A DNA stretch of 64,000 nucleotides. Source: Paraspadella gotoi. Taxonomy: Eukaryota > Animalia > Chaetognatha. The stretch lies in assembly GCA_051294375.1 (NCBI GenBank), contig CM119266.1, positions 1,741,554 through 1,805,553 of the forward strand, in the 5' to 3' direction. The first letter of the stretch is position 1, and each line of letters begins with the position of its first letter. Made by a program: the position numbers and the translations under genes. Below, in pieces: positions 12,881-24,645 of the stretch. The notes below the pieces were generated by a model. It was not told where the DNA came from. It worked only from the letters and a program-made list of their open reading frames with translations, and did not search any database.

Positions 12881-13033
12881 TCCATTCCTGTTCTCCTTCC
12901 ATTCCTGTTCTCCGTCCGTTCCTGTTCTCCATCCATTCCTGTTCTCCTTCCATTCCTGTTCTCCTTCCATTCCTGTTCTCCTTCCATTCCTGTTCTCCGT
13001 CCATTCCTGTTCTCCTTCCATTCCTGTTCTCCT
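12881..13033. repeat. 17-bp minisatellite (TCCATTCCTGTTCTCCT) x9
   Basis: Tandem copies read directly. Confidence 0.95.
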
Positions 13034-13816
13034 TCTCTCACCAATTGGTTTAACCTTCTCCATTTGCTTTGAAATTCCATCCCGTCTTCTTTCTCTTCCA
13101 TGATGTCCAAAAGGTCTCACCCCATACTATGGGCCATACTATGGCCCATACTATGGCCCGCCTCGACTTTTCCACCCGAACCCCAGGAACTCCCCCCCCC
13201 CTTCGCTCATAACTCTCGAATTCCACCCACAAACCCGGCGAATGACCCGGTTTAACAAATTCTGTTGTCCTAGTGGATTCAATACAGTTGTACCGGCAGA
13301 CGTCTTTTATTTTAACAGATATTTACAAAAACAAAGATGACGGGCCCACCGAGCAAAAAATGTTTAATGTTTTATATTTCACTATCAATATAATTTGCCG
13401 AGTTTAACTACACTCGAAACTATTCGTACCAGTCATTACAATGAGTTACAGTATCCTTTCGATCTGCCAAAGGTCGGCTAATCAAAATGATCTACGTACG
13501 TTTTGAGTCGACCGTATTTCGAAATTGAATTAAAATCGTAACAAACAGAGTTTTTGATTCTCCTCTTTTCAGTTTTTTTCCCACACACACTCGAAAAAAT
13601 GAAAAGTTCACCCAAAATAATTTTTTTTGTTTTTTTTTTTTGTTTTTTTTTTGGCCAAAAGAAATAAATTAGAATTTTGGTATTATCCGTCTCGGACTGA
13701 TGATAATGTTTTTTCAAAAAGTCGGTTTCAAAAGCCACCAAATTCCCTCGGACTCTCCCTTCCCTTCCCGAAAAAAAACTATTTTGAAAAGCGGATGTTA
13801 AATTTCGTTTACTCAC

Positions 13817-13847
13817 TTCGTGGGCTTGGGTTTTTCATCAAAGTCTT
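13817..13847 (-). CDS. Putative 31-nt micro-exon (EDFDEKPKPT)
   Basis: Consensus donor GAA|GTGAGT; weak TTTTAAG|AAG (NAGNAG) acceptor; phase-compatible with the flanking candidate exons. Confidence 0.25.
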
Positions 13848-14630
13848 CTTAAAATTTAATTTACTGCTTCATTTTCTTTTCGTTACATTGGCACAACCAA
13901 TATAGAAATTATCCATTCGTTCAATAAATAACTTATTTTGCCCCATACTTTGAACACTGTTGAACACTGAACAATGAACAGGCTTTTGGTTGGTTAATAC
14001 CTCCAACCCTCTTACAAGATAAAAACATAGCAGGAGCACAAAAGCTTGCAATCAAGACTCTTCCAGATCACCTGGCCTCCCTATCAATGAATTTTTTATA
14101 CCGTAGAGCTACTTTTTTGATTGTTTTTAGTCATGTTTGTTTTACAAAGAAAATACAAGATTAAAAGCCCACTTACTAATCTCCTAATATTCATATTAAT
14201 CTCTTCATTAGTTAAAAGTTTTTCATTGAGATTCATTTACATTAATATTCACATTCACGCTCCTCCTTTATATTCAGATTCGTTTGCCTCCTTTTTATTC
14301 ACGATCTGACAAAATAAATTTCCCGAAAAGTCGATTTTGGCGACGCGGGCAGACGTCGTCGTCGTCGTCGTCGTCGTCGTCATCCTCTTTCTCTTCTAAT
14401 ACGAAAAGGAAATTTCTGTCATCATTTTCGTTGTCGTTGTGATCGCCATTTTCGTCGTCGTCGTCATCGTCGTCTTCCATGGGCTCGCGTTGTTTTTATT
14501 CCTCGCGCCCGGGTCGTCTCCGACGTCCTCGTTATCGTCGTCATCGTCGTCGTTTTCGTCGTCATCGTCGTCGTTTTCGTCGCCACCATAGTCGTCTCCT
14601 TCGTCGTCCCTATCGTCGTCGGAGGCGACG

Positions 14631-14646
14631 CGTTGCCATGGCAACG
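14631..14646. promoter_or_regulatory. Perfect RFX X-box palindrome CGTTGCCATGGCAACG
   Basis: 16-bp perfect palindrome containing GTTGCCATGGCAAC, an exact fit to the X-box consensus GTNRCC(N0-3)RGYAAC. Confidence 0.55.
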
Positions 14647-14871
14647 ATTTCACTGCATCGGAGGCGAAGGAAACTTGTTTCCTCCTCCTCCTCCTCCTCC
14701 TCCTCCTCCTCCTTTCCTTCCTCTTCCATGTTTTTCCCATTTTTTTCTTTCCTTCTCATTTCCTCCATTTTTCCCCGCTCCATTTTTTTTTCATCTTCGC
14801 GTAATAATGATAATAGTAATATCGTAAAAAATATATCTTTAAAAAAAACTTTTTGGGGGGATTTTTTGTGG

Positions 14872-15205
14872 TTTTTAGTTGCGCCGCGAGTACTCGCGGA
14901 GCAACTCTTTAAGTCACTTTTCGGTCGGTCGGTCGGTCTGTTTGTCGGTATGTCTGTCCGTCGGTCTGTCCCACTTATGTTAAAAATGCATATAATTCGC
15001 TTATAGTTGGTTGCTCAATGCTCATTTGTTAAGACAGCCTTCAGGAAATCCTAAAACTATATGGAATAAAAGACTCGATGCAGTGCATGTCATAAATACA
15101 AGGGCTAAAATTTTTTTACTCATGACACGTCATATCATGTGATCAAAAGGAAATACACGTGAAAATAAAGTCACTTCGGCGTAACACATTGGAATCACCG
15201 TTCTT
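14872..15205 (+). mobile_element. HINE/DINE-1-like (Helentron-associated) non-autonomous element
   Basis: TTTTTAG start, 30-bp near-perfect hairpin at 14877-14906, then (GTCG/GTCT/GTCC)n microsatellite; related sequence at ~39010-39180. The 3' end is approximate. Confidence 0.55.
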
Positions 15206-15820
15206 ATTTCTTTTTGTAGACGATTTTTCGATTTTGATTTCAACAATTTTTTTTTACTTTATCCTTTCTTGCTATTTCAATTATGTTTTTTTTAAACTTA
15301 TTTCAAGTTTATATAAGTTGTTTATTTAATCCACGTTTTTTTATTTTATTCATATTTTTTCACACACGTTTTTTTAAATTTTAGCTATGTTTTTTTAATT
15401 TATCCAAGTTTTTTTTAATCCCATTCATGTTTTTTCAACCATACTTTTTTCTTTTTCAAATCAACGCTAAAAAAAAAAAAAAAAAAAAAAAAATTCGCGT
15501 GTCTAATGAGTTTTTCGTCGAATTTAAAAAAATTGATGGCGAAAGTCGATGTAGATAACGAGAGAGACTGAATTCGATGGAGAAAGAAGGCTGGAGAGAG
15601 ACTGGGAAAAAGAAAGGTTGCAACGCGAGCGGGTATCAAGGAGTCCCGGGGTTGCATTGGGGTCAATAGGTTGGGACGGTCGAGTAGGTCGAAATGGGGT
15701 TGGGTTGGTAGGTTAAGGTGGACTGAATGGGTCAGAGATTTGTGGTAAAAGGGAAAAAGGCCGAATCCCTAGTGAAAGCATAAAGTGGGCGGAGAATAAG
15801 AGAAAAGAAATAAGATGGAA

Positions 15821-16180
15821 AGAGGTCAGACACGGAAGGTGGTCAGAGACGGGCGGAGGTCGGAAACGGGATGAGGTCAGAGACGGGATAGTTCAAAAGA
15901 AAGGAGGTCAGAAACGGGAGGAGGTCAATGACGGGATGAGGTCAGAGAAAGGGAGGAGGTCAGAGACGGGCGGAGGTCGGAGACGGGTAGGAGGTCGGAG
16001 AAAGGCGTCGGTCAGAGACGGGTAGGAGGTCTATGACGGGATGAGGTCAGAGAAAATAGGGGATCAGAAATTGGAGGAGGTCATTGACGGGATGAGGTCA
16101 AAGAAAGGAGGAGGTCAGAAACGGGAGGAGGTCAATGACGGGATGAGTTCAGAGAAAGGGAGGAGGCCAGAAAAGGGAGG
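15821..16180. repeat. 17-18-bp minisatellite (GAGGTCAGAGACGGGNG consensus), ~20 diverged copies
   Basis: Periodic GAGGTC read directly. Confidence 0.9.
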
Positions 16181-16473
16181 AGACTGGATGAGGACGGGGA
16201 TGAGGAGGGTTCAATGTGAAAAGGTCAAATAGCGGACGAAGGAAAGAAAAGGAGGAAGGATAGAGGATAGAGAGAAGAAAGGATAAAAGAAAAAAGAAGA
16301 GGAGGAAGGATAGAGGATAGAGAGAAGAAAGGATAAAAGAAAAAAGAAGAGGAGGAAGGAAAAAAGAGAGAGGAGAATGAAAAAGAAAATATTGAGAAAA
16401 AGAAAAATCACGTTCGTTCACGAATTCGATTCCAAGATTCCTTTCCTAAACTGCTAAACCGCTTTACTAAATT

Positions 16474-16559
16474 AAACTTGACCGCATCTCTTAACCTGAT
16501 TGCATCTATCACAAATTAAAGTTGATCGCATCTCTTAACCTGATTGCATCTATCACAAA
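16474..16559. repeat. ~44-bp tandem duplication (…CGCATCTCTTAACCTGATTGCATCTATCACAAA)
   Basis: Two near-identical adjacent copies. Confidence 0.9.
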
Positions 16560-17051
16560 GAATCCATTTTGAAAAAAGGTTTTTATACTGACCCGACGGG
16601 AAGTCACAAAATACCTTTCAAGCTGCATGAAAATGATTGTGTCGCAGCTAATATCACGAAGCGATCGCATGACTGTACACTATTACGGTTTTTTTAAAAA
16701 AAACATTGGTTTTGAATTTTTGTTTTCCGAGCGTTGATAAAAAAAAAAGGTCATGCAATTTTAGAATATTTTTTTTATCGGTCAGCAATCAAAATTTGTG
16801 CAAATTGATTTCCTTTCCTTTCCTTTCCTTTTCCTTTCCTTTTCCTTTCCTTTCCTTTCCTTTCCTTGCCTTTCCTTCCCTTTCCTTCCCTTTCCTTCCC
16901 TTTTCTTTTCTTTTCTTTTCCTTTCCTTTTCTTTCCTTTTGTTCTCAATTCTTTTCCTCTAATCTCATCTTTCCTTCTGGTCTCTCCTCCCCGTTCATTC
17001 TCATTTTCCATGCAGCTTAAATGAAGATAATTTAAATCTACCGTCACGCAA

Positions 17052-17119
<68 letters not shown>

Positions 17120-17204
17120 CACCCAACGTTGTTGGCTTCATTATTTCGACGAGAAAAAAAACAACCAAAAACAAAAGAATAAATTAAAAAGAAAAAAAAA
17201 ACTC

Positions 17205-17235
<31 letters not shown>

Positions 17236-17262
17236 GAAAACCGAAACGAGGCTTATCTCTAC

Positions 17263-17356
17263 CGTTCGTTCCTCGTTTTTCATTGAGTTTCGCCGCATCG
17301 TCGACTCTGGACGTGAAAGATGCCGCCGCCGCCGCCGCACCACAGCCGCTGCCCAT
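17263..17356 (-). CDS. Putative first coding exon of the uncharacterised small gene (MGSGCGAAAAAASFTSRVDDAAKLNEKRGTN)
   Basis: ATG in GTAATGG context; upstream acceptor TTTCTAATCGATACCGATGCAG (exon start 17387, CTAAT branch-like); weak donor G|GTAGAG. Confidence 0.35.
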
Positions 17357-17732
17357 TACGCGATCGATCGATAAGGGATACGAAACGCTGCATCGGTATC
17401 GATTAGAAAGCGGGAGATTATAATGGCGTATCTAATACCATTGAATGGCATCGAACGGCACATTGAAAAATTATTTGTTTGGCCTCAAAATCCTATTTGA
17501 ATTTTGTAGTCTTTTGAATTATGAGGTAGGATTTTTAATCTATTTATTAACCTTAATATGAGTTTAGAATTGCATTGCTTTTCGAAAAATAGCATTGTAA
17601 AAAGTTACAATTTACATACTAAATATTAAATACTTAATGGCGGGAAAAGAATGGCAGTAAAGGTGTAATTATCCGAATAACATTACGATATGACAGCTGA
17701 ACTGGCAACGAAGATGAAGGATGTGTACATTG

Positions 17733-17802
17733 CGTGTACAGGACGTGTACCGGACGTGTACAGGACTTGTACAGGACATGTACAGGACGTATACAGGACT
17801 GT
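17733..17802. repeat. 11-bp tandem repeat (GTGTACAGGAC) x~6
   Basis: Read directly. Confidence 0.9.
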
Positions 17803-18417
17803 ATAACGCTTCGGTGGCATTTTCATTGTTCATCGGTTAAATAGAGTAGAAAGTCAATCCAATGACTTTGCGTCGCTTGGTCGATTTCGCTTAAATAGAC
17901 GGCCACCAAAGACATTGTTGGGTTTTTCCGATGTCAGCTGACAGGTCTGCCATCATCGCAACACTGGATAATATCATCACATTTTTTTTTCGAGAGATAA
18001 CATAACGAGTAAGCCTAAGGCAAAACCTATATCCAATGAAAGCGCTACCGGTGCAACGAACGACGAGGATAACGACGAGGACAACGACGACGACGACGAC
18101 GACGACGAAGACGACGACGACGTCACTCGCAAGATGTTTTTCCGCCGCTGAACGTCACGGATGACACGTGACTCGATACCAACGACGTCTCGTTTTGCGC
18201 GACGTCGCACAATGGATAGTGGAACTGGGTTTTTTTTTTCTATTGCTTTTTATCTTTTATTTTTCCACAGTGCATGTCAGGCAAACTTTTTTTTAAATTT
18301 TATATTATTTTTTTTCATAGAGATTTCCATTTCATTATTAATTACTCTCCACAATAATCGCTAGTCATTTTATTCCCAACAATGAATTTGTCGAGGTCAT
18401 TGTCCAGGTTCAATCCA

Positions 18418-18530
18418 TTGCTGTGGCTCTGTGAAGAAAGCCAAGAGGCTTCACGAGCATGGGGCTCAGGATTCAATCCTTGTCGGCCAAAGCCTTCCTT
18501 GGGGGCGTTGCGCCCTCCAATGCCCTTTTC
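18418..18530 (+). mobile_element. Degenerate tRNA-derived SINE head
   Basis: GTGGCTCTGTG (A box-like) and GGATTCAATCC (B box-like) at tRNA spacing inside a GC-richer island. Confidence 0.4.
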
Positions 18531-20012
18531 TAAGCCCATGGCCGTTTTCAGCTCACTTTTCTTCTTAATCACAAATATGGAAATGTTTAAATATACCACA
18601 ATAATTAAACTGTATTCTTCACAGAAAATGAATAAAAAGAGGTTTTTATCATTATTGGTCAATTATGTTATTTTCCACAAATGGTTGGGCCCATTGCACT
18701 CAGCAGAATGCAGGGCCCTCTGGCACCTGGCCACTCAACCAAGTGTCGTTTATTGCGGTTTTTTTTTCTCAACTAGAGGCGCTACGATTATTACCTCATC
18801 TTTTTTCTCCAATGATGTCCATGGTCATTCGTATATTCATTTCTAATTCTATTCATTTTATATTCATTCCTCTTTTTTCTTGCGATGAGAAAGCGTAATG
18901 GACTTTCGTTACTGAGACTTTCCATTAGCCGAAAGTAGCCGACCAAAATCTCAAATTTTAAATGGTAACCAGTATTAAACTAATCCATTTTGCTATTAAT
19001 TATTGTATTAATAATATTTTTTTGCAAAAATGTTCCGAATCCATGAGTCTTCTTTGCTAATTATATTATTATATTGCCTATATAACCCTGGTCAAACAAT
19101 TTTTTTTTGGATATTTTAAGTTTTTAAATTTGATTCTGATAGAGCTAAAAAGTTAAACAAATAAATATAATTACACTTTTTAAAATTTTGATGTTTTATT
19201 ACTAAAAATTTAGCAAAAACTGCTAAAATCATCCGGGGATGATGATGATGAGGATGATTTTTTAAAGTTTTTCCCAATTTTGACCCACTTATTCATCATA
19301 AATATTGAAATTAAGAATTATACTTTGGTAGACAACTTTTTATAAGCTATCTGAATCTGCTTTTAGTAATACAAAATTTAAAAAAAAAATTTTGACATTT
19401 CCTATCTATAATAAATATTAAAAATTTAATACTAATGCTTCTAGCCATTTTTAGAAAATTGTTGATCCATGAAAGTTTTCTCAGAAATGTATGAAGTTTC
19501 ACTTTGAGTTCTTCGATAGAAAACTTTGACCAATTGACTAGTTTGCGCTCGTACTTTCATCTTCGCTTCTCTGTCTGTAATTATTATTAATGTTATTTCG
19601 AAATTATTATTTTTAATTTATTTTTCGCAATCAGTTTTGCGTCATTTACAATCAATTATGTTCCGAGTCTTTATGCGACATTAAAGTCAATTGAGTTGAT
19701 TATTTGTTTATTTATTATTATTCATTTATATTATATGTAGTGTGTTTAAACGTTTACGCTACTTGACTTCCCTTTCACGGCATTTAGAATCCCTGACGGC
19801 ATTTTGCAGCCTTCTCAATGGTTTTTCTTTAAATTCCTCTTCGGCTGCTCGGTCCATAATTAGCCACCTGATGCTTAGTGACGCTCGTTTTCTATTTTTT
19901 TTTCTTCCATTAAATCGAGATTTTTTATAAGAAAACGAAAAAAAAAAAGGAATTTAAAAAAAAAATATGAAATTGCGTTTTTTCTCGATTAACGCGCGAC
20001 GTTTTCATCTCG

Positions 20013-20050
<38 letters not shown>

Positions 20051-20234
20051 CGTTTTATCAACTTTTTTATATAAAAAGGAAAAGTAAAAATCGTTAAAAT
20101 ATGGAAAACTCAAAATGCAAAAAAAGAAAAAAAAAAATTCGTTTGCGAAAACGAAACCGAAAAAATGTTTTTTTTTCCTAACGCGAACCAATTCCTTTTC
20201 TATTCTCTCTCTCTCCTCTCTCTCTCTCTCTTCT

Positions 20235-20296
<62 letters not shown>

Positions 20297-20499
20297 TTCT
20301 TCTGTCTTTATTTTTGCCCAAAACGTCTAGAATAGAGAGACGATTTCCCGCGACCCAGAATCTTCAACTCACAAACTCACTTATCTCCTTTTAAAATTTT
20401 TTCTTCTCATTTTTTAAAATTCTTTTTAAATTCGAAAAATCACGTTAGGTTAAAAAAAACAAATCACATTTTCGATTTCTATTCTCTCTCTCTCTCTCT

Positions 20500-20574
<75 letters not shown>

Positions 20575-21004
20575 ATTCATGGTGTGATTGTCATGTCGAG
20601 AGCTGGAAGGATGAGGCGTAATCAGTCTATACGCAACTTGAAAACGACAGCGACGACGACGACGAAAATAACGACGACAGCAACGACGACGACGAAAATA
20701 ACGACGTCTGAAGACCGGATGACAAAAATGAGCTTCGCGAAGAAACTACAATAATGACAAAGACAATCACGTTGTGACTTTAAGATTAACGATATGGCGA
20801 TGATGACAAAGACGAAATATTTTAATGACGTCTATTCAGTCACAGATTTTAATGACAAAGAAGTCTTGATCTATTAAAACGTTTAAAACGACGAAGAGAC
20901 AACAACAACAACGACGAGACTGAACGAGTCGACAACAACGAGACTGAACGAGTCAACAACAACAACGAGGAGACCGAAGGACAACAACTCAAACCGAACT
21001 TGTT

Positions 21005-21160
21005 TATAGTACCCTGTAGCACCAGGCTTGAGGGTTCGCCATGACGACAAGGCGCCTTACGACCGTCCTCATGATTCCCACAAGATAGGTACCGGGTTGG
21101 GATTGAACCCAGTACCTAATGGTCATGAGCTGATGGCTTTACTAAATGAGCCACTGGGCA
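21005..21160 (-). mobile_element. tRNA-derived SINE (head 21160-21087 plus body)
   Basis: Minus strand GTGGCTCATTTAGTAAAG...CTCATGA...GGGTTCAATCCC; anticodon-loop position reads CAT; stems do not close properly. Confidence 0.6.
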
Positions 21161-22204
21161 CGACTGAAGGTGTCATACTTTTAGGCGGGGTGAACCAAGG
21201 CTATGCCCGACTACAAATACTTAATAACTTTCTAGCGATATTGTTCACTTTTATTCTATTTATTTTTTTTAATTCCTTGACTCTTTATCCATCCAACTTC
21301 GTCTTCTCTCCATACTTCCCAGTCAACATCTCTCTCCATCTTTCTACATCACCATCACATATTCCATCCCGTTTCCATCTTCCATCCACCATCATCTATT
21401 TCCCATCATCCCATCCCCATCTCTCTCCCGCCAAACTTATTCCAAAACCTTTTTCCCTCCAGAGATTCAGAATGCGATGCGTCCTCTCTCTCTATTGCAG
21501 TCTTTTTCGGTCGGTCGGTCGGTCTGACCATCATTAATTCCCCCCTCCCCCAGTCCGTCTCATCCCAACGCCCGAGATAAACGATCCAATTCCCCCCCCC
21601 ACTTTTCGGCGGGAGGCGAACGTTGATTGCTCTTTTGTTGAACGCCCATCGCGCGCGCGCCACCTTTCGACGTCTTCAGTCAAGCGACGCGAGAGGGCGA
21701 CGGAGCGACTAATGCGCTCGACGGTGGGCGGTGGGAGAGACGTCTTTAGAAAGTGATGAACGAAGAGCTGGTGTTGTTGTTATTTTGAAGTAGTGGGCGT
21801 TGTCGTCTTTGTCGTTGTCATCGTCGTCGTTGCCTTCCACAAAAATCCCGGAGGAGGATTATATGGACATTAAATGCAAAACCAAAACAAACGGATACAA
21901 AACATAACAACAACAAAAAAAAAAAAAAACTAGGAATTGAATCAACATTAAACCGATTCGCCTAAAAATGGAATGAAATCATATTTTTTGGCCTCCGCTG
22001 TCAACAACATCAACAAATCAGCGGCGTCGTCAACAGCTACATCATAAATATCGACATTCCCTCAGTTTCGTCAACCATTATGCCAACGACAAAGACGACA
22101 ACCGGCAATCCGGAGCCCAGCCGTCTTTAGCCGGACCATTATATAAAGTGGTACTAACTAATGTCCTTAAGCCTAACCTTTGGAAAAGGTGAAGAATTGG
22201 GAGG

Positions 22205-22246
<42 letters not shown>

Positions 22247-22383
22247 CTTCTTTTTTTCTTTCTTTCTCTCTTTCTTTCTTTTCTTTCTTTCGGTCTTTCT
22301 TTCTTCTTCTCTCTTTCTTTCTTTCCCTCTCTCTCTCTCTCTCTCTCTCTTCTTCTCTCTTCCCTCCCTCCCTTTTTTTCTTT

Positions 22384-22463
<80 letters not shown>

Positions 22464-22706
22464 TGCCTGAACCTGTCAAATTTGAAGAAATAACAACGCT
22501 TTCGCTAACGGCAGAAAACGAGGCAACAATGCCAACAACAACGACACAACGACAACAACAACTTGGGCTTAAAAAAACAAGAATTGGCTCCAGCTCCGAC
22601 AACAACAACAACGACAACAACAACGTCACCAACGACGAGAGGGAATTTCCGAGAAATGCCTCCTCAGCATCATTCGTTGGGCCGAAAGGAGACGACCCGT
22701 GCCAAG

Positions 22707-22742
<36 letters not shown>

Positions 22743-23609
22743 ATCATCGTCGTCGACGTCTTTGTTATCGTCATCGTCAGTCGTCATCTTTTTGGTCCTC
22801 ATCGTCGTCGTCTTTTCAGTCCACATCGTCTTCGTCATCGTCTTTGTCATTCTCCTCGTAGTTGTCATTGTTTTCCTCGATGTCGTCGTCGTCATCGTCG
22901 TCGTCATAGTCATCGTCGTCGACGTCATCGTCGTCGTCGTCGTCGTCATCGTCGAGGTCAACGATTCAGATTCAAAAAACCGTCAAAAGAAATGTCTTTT
23001 TATTCCTTTTCTGGCTAAGGTGGGAAGAGAGAGAGAGAGAGAGAGAGAGTGGAAGAGAGAATAAATGGGGATTTAGAGAGTGGGCGAGAGAGAGAGAGAG
23101 GGAGAGAGAGAGAGAAATTGAGGGAGAGATAGAGAGAGAGAGACTTTGGCTTGAAAGCTTTCTTGACTATTTTGTTCTGCTGTGAGAAGGGCGCCCCCTA
23201 CTTTTAGCGCTCACTCACTCTTTCCTTCTTCTTCTTCCTTCTTCCTTATCCTCCCACTTCCGTCTCAGCTGGTGAGGAGTTTCTCATCTCTCCTCCGCAC
23301 AAACTCCTCCTCCTCCTCCTCCTCCTCCACCGCCGCCGACGCCGCCACCGCCGCCACCGCCGCCGCCGCGACCACCCCAGTAGCCACACCCATCCCTTTC
23401 ACTCCCTCTCCACTCCCGCCCTCTTCCGTGACAAGGGCGATAATGGAGGGGCGTCGACATCGGGGCGGAGTTGAGATTGTTGTTGTTGTTGTTGTTGTCG
23501 TCGTCGTCGTTTTTGTCGTCAAGATTATCGTCGTCTTTGACGTTTTCAAATTTGTTACTCTTTTTGTCGTTTCTTCGTTTGTTGTCTTTGGTGTATCAAG
23601 GTCAGATTC

Positions 23610-23928
23610 TGTGTTTTTAACAGCTGTCGCCTTAAAAGCTCCTTTGTTTTTTTAACAGCTGCAGCAAGTGCAGCCCGTTTTTGGTATACATCTGTAGTAA
23701 GTGAAGCTCCTTTGTTTTTTTAACAGCTGCAGCAAGTGCAACCCGTTTTTGGTATACATCTGTAGTAAGTAAAGCTACTGTGTTTTTAAACAGCTGCTGA
23801 GTTTTCTCTGCATTGCCGCAACGGCAGCTGCTTTTTTAAACAGCCGCAGCAAGTGAAGCTACTGGGTTTTTCTACATTGCAGAAACTGCAGCTGATTTTT
23901 TTTAGCAGCTGCAGCAAGTGCAGATGCT
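23610..23928. repeat. ~69-bp tandem repeat (two near-identical copies 23635-23770 plus degenerate subunits) rich in CAGCTG/CAAGTG
   Basis: Read directly. Confidence 0.85.
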
Positions 23929-24077
23929 GTCTTTGTTGTTTTTCTAAGATTCCAGGTGAATCTTAAGATCGAATCGAATTTCGGTGTCGTCTTGAATAAT
24001 TTAAAGAATCGAACAAAGTTTTGAGTTTTCTTGTTTTTTCTTTGGAGGATTTCTCTCTCTCTCTCCTCTTCTCTTCT

Positions 24078-24127
<50 letters not shown>

Positions 24128-24300
24128 CTCTCACTCTCTCTCTCTCTCTCACTCTCTCTCTCCTCTCTCTCTTCCTCTCTCTCTCTCTCTCTCATTCTCT
24201 CTCTCTCTTCTTTCTCTCTCTCTTTCTCGTTTGTCCACCATTCAACCGGACTCGACAAAAAAAGGGAGGAAGGGAAAATGAACTGGGCAAGAGTGGGAAG

Positions 24301-24645
24301 AGTTGAAAAGAAATGGAGGAAGAAAGGAAAGGAAAGGAGGAGAAAATAAATGGAGGAAGAAAGGAAAGGAAAGGAAGAGGAAATACATGGAGGAAGAAAG
24401 GAAAGAAAAGGAGGAGGAAAGGAAAGGAAAGGAGGAGGAACTAGATGGAGGAAGAAAGGAAAGAAAAGGAGGAGGAAAGGAAAGGAAAGGAACTAGATGG
24501 AGGAAGAAAGGAAAGGAAAGGAGGAGGAAAGGAATGGAGGAGGAAAGGAAAGAAAAGGAGGAAGAAATTAATGAAGGAACAGAGGAAAGCAAAGGAGGAA
24601 GAAATTAATGAAGGAACAGAGGAAAACAAAGGAGGAAGAAATCAA
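24301..24645. repeat. Polypurine diverged tandem repeat (ATGGAGGAAGAAAGGAAAG…)
   Basis: Recurrent units; almost no pyrimidines on the + strand. Confidence 0.85.

Noticed and set aside
12881-13033. Possible CRISPR-like array (also 15821-16180 and 57860-58095)
   Set aside because: Head-to-tail tandem units without unique spacers, or repeats too short; eukaryotic context, no cas genes.
14396-14740. Acidic ORF on the minus strand
   Set aside because: Dominated by (GAC)n with no usable donor site.
21087-21160. Functional tRNA-Met gene
   Set aside because: A/B boxes present but acceptor and anticodon stems do not pair; treated as a SINE head.
22463-23016. Coding exon near a strong minus-strand acceptor at 23015
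   Set aside because: All three frames stop within ~45 nt; the surrounding ORFs are (GAC)/(AAC) repeats.
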